DNA from: Lepidodermella squamata
Taxonomy: Eukaryota; Animalia; Gastrotricha
NCBI GenBank assembly: GCA_047495785.1
Contig: JBLDXI010000038.1
Location: 372,001 to 436,000 of the forward strand
Direction: 5' to 3'
Length of the DNA stretch: 64,000 nt
The stretch's first letter is position 1, and each line of letters starts with the position of its first letter. Both the position numbers and the translations under genes were made by a program. Shown piece by piece: positions 62,224 to 64,000 of this stretch. The notes under the pieces were generated by a model. That model was not told the origin of the DNA. It searched no databases and saw only the letters and a program-made list of their open reading frames with translations.

Positions 62224-63864
62224 TCAGGCTATACATTGGTTGTATTTATTAATGAAATCCTGCGTTGAACGATCTGGTTTGCGTGGGGTTATTAGCCTCG
62301 GATCGGTATTCATCCGCTGAATGCCAGCAGTTGTCTGATTGATCCATTCAATTACCGAAAATGTTATTTTACCTCCAATCGTGGCTTTCGAACTTCCGTT
62401 TTCGCAATCACTATGTGTAACCCAACTACTTAAGGCAACCAGCGTCCACTTTGATCCTCGCTCTTTCCCAAAAGGTCTGGCAACTGTGGCCCATGGCTCG
62501 CCAGAATCGCCCTTACATGCACCCGTATTCCTCGCTCGATTTTTTACGCATACGTTATTATCCGGAATGAAACCACCAATTTTTTCGCATTCGCGAATGG
62601 AAGCAAGCCTGTTGTTCAATTTTCAGCAGGAAGTTTGATTCTTCTATCCAGTTAGCATCCGGTTAGCAAAATTGGAAGATTTTTGTAATCAGATATCGAA
62701 CCCGTTGGCAGGCATATTGGACTCAGCTCTTTAGTGTAAAAGCTGATCAGTGCTGAAATGGAGAAAAACTTTCATTCGACGATGTCCCCTTATTTGTTAG
62801 ACAACTGCCTAAATTTCATACGAAAATAAAAAACAAGACCTAAATCACCTTGTCTGTGAATTCGAATTTAACGAATCATGTGGGTGCTTCGAAAGGGAAA
62901 ATCAAGTCTGTTAGCATAGACAACACTGTTACTGTTATCTATGTCTGTTAGATTTCCGCCTCATATTATTACGGGATTCAAACTTCACACACCCTTCCTG
63001 AATCCCCCTGAACCATGCCTGAACTGGGGAACTTTGTTTCGGTTTCTCGGAGGTAATTTAAAAACATTTGGAGGAACTTTTTGGTCCGTAAAAGAAGACA
63101 TAGGTCGAGTGAGCATATATGTCGTCACCCGAGGAAGCCGCAGAAGATTCGTTGGTTTCTAATTAGGTATCCTCGAAGTTATAAGAATATCGGAATTACA
63201 TATCGTAATTACGAATATCTATAAATAAACTCACGGTGAAATTTATACAGAGCAAAGTCTTTGGCTACTCCACCGTCTTCAGTATGTGGAATGTAACCAG
63301 GATGTTTGAGTATTTCTACAACTTGACGCGACATAGCGTGATTGCTAGGTTTCCTGCGTGTTCCGCCAAGGAGTAGGCTGTAATTCCTAGCACCCTTATA
63401 ACTTGGCCTATGAAATCAAGGTGCTCGAAAAAATTCAGCGAAATTGCCCCGTCTTACAAACCATTCATCAGAACAATGGGCAGCAGAAAGAACCCAGCTT
63501 TTATCAATAAGAACAGCCCCGCAGAATCCAGTTAAACGGTAATTGTTGCCCATGTCAGCGGTGATCAGCAAGGACCTGATAGGGAAATTCGCCAGTTGTG
63601 GCTTTTTGTCCCGAACCGCTTAACATGTTCGGATCGTATACATGTTTCGTTTGACACCCTTGCCACAAACGGCAGCATTGAATGCATCTAGAGATGCCTT
63701 GACTGAACGCTTAGGTATCAAAGAGCGGCGAACTGTCGTCGCACGTTGCTCGCCTCGAGTTTTACTCGGTTTACATGAGAACTGCGCCAGGTGAAAACAT
63801 GTTATCAGGCAAATTATCCAAGTTGCACGTCCAAGTTGCACGTCCAAGTTGCACGCCGATTCAT
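62224..63864 (-). pseudogene. Trypsin-family (S1A) serine protease pseudogene
   Basis: GEFPYQV, FCGAVLIDKSWVLSAAHC, ELSPICLP, GACKGDSGEP motifs, but split over frames with in-frame stops (e.g. GDIVE*, LLTGC*) and a frameshifting triplication after the ATG at 63864. Confidence 0.8.
63817..63855. repeat. Perfect 13-bp tandem triplication (tccaagttgcacg)x3
   Basis: Copies at 63817, 63830, 63843. Confidence 0.95.
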
Positions 63865-64000
63865 TGCAGCTCCAATCCTGATTTCATAAAAGGTGGTGAA
63901 AGGGTCTGCATACATTCTGCTTCGCGCTGTACGATGCGTGTGCTGATCTGCATTAAAAAATATTCCCAAAACTGGCATGCAAGTCATGTGCTCAAAATTC

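Noticed and set aside
1-64000. Prokaryotic features (CRISPR arrays, GTG/TTG-started ORFs), tRNA/rRNA, alternative genetic code
   Set aside because: Sequence is intron-containing animal DNA; no spaced direct-repeat array or tRNA/rRNA motif seen; conserved genes translate with the standard code.

Overview
Gene-dense eukaryotic (animal) DNA with mostly 45-60 nt GT-AG introns and the standard code; most entries of the supplied ORF track are spurious or exon fragments. A bantam miRNA hairpin implies a protostome, probably a compact-genome spiralian (inference). Left to right: CFAP157(-); a tightly packed RPP14-like/TAF6L-like/THOC2 unit(+); an ALP-type PDZ-LIM gene(+); three paralogous insulin-like prepropeptides with a non-canonical Cys framework; a signal-peptide-bearing dynein-light-chain-like gene between inverted repeat copies; SPARC; a two-copy neuropeptide precursor; an Enigma/ZASP-type PDZ-3xLIM gene(-); a second packed unit GTF2H5/TRF-like/CLEC16A(+); a TE-rich interval and the bantam locus; CEP112(-); Ran(+); netrin(+); a serine-protease pseudogene(-). 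Most notable: (1) the three-gene insulin-like family with B-chain C-x10-C and A-chain CC-x11-C-x5-C; (2) two operon-like units each starting with a small housekeeping ORF only 11-17 nt from the next ATG, plus splice-acceptor-like sites just before nearly every start codon; (3) the secreted LC8-like gene. Exon structures were assembled by eye and family calls are from remembered motifs, not database searches.
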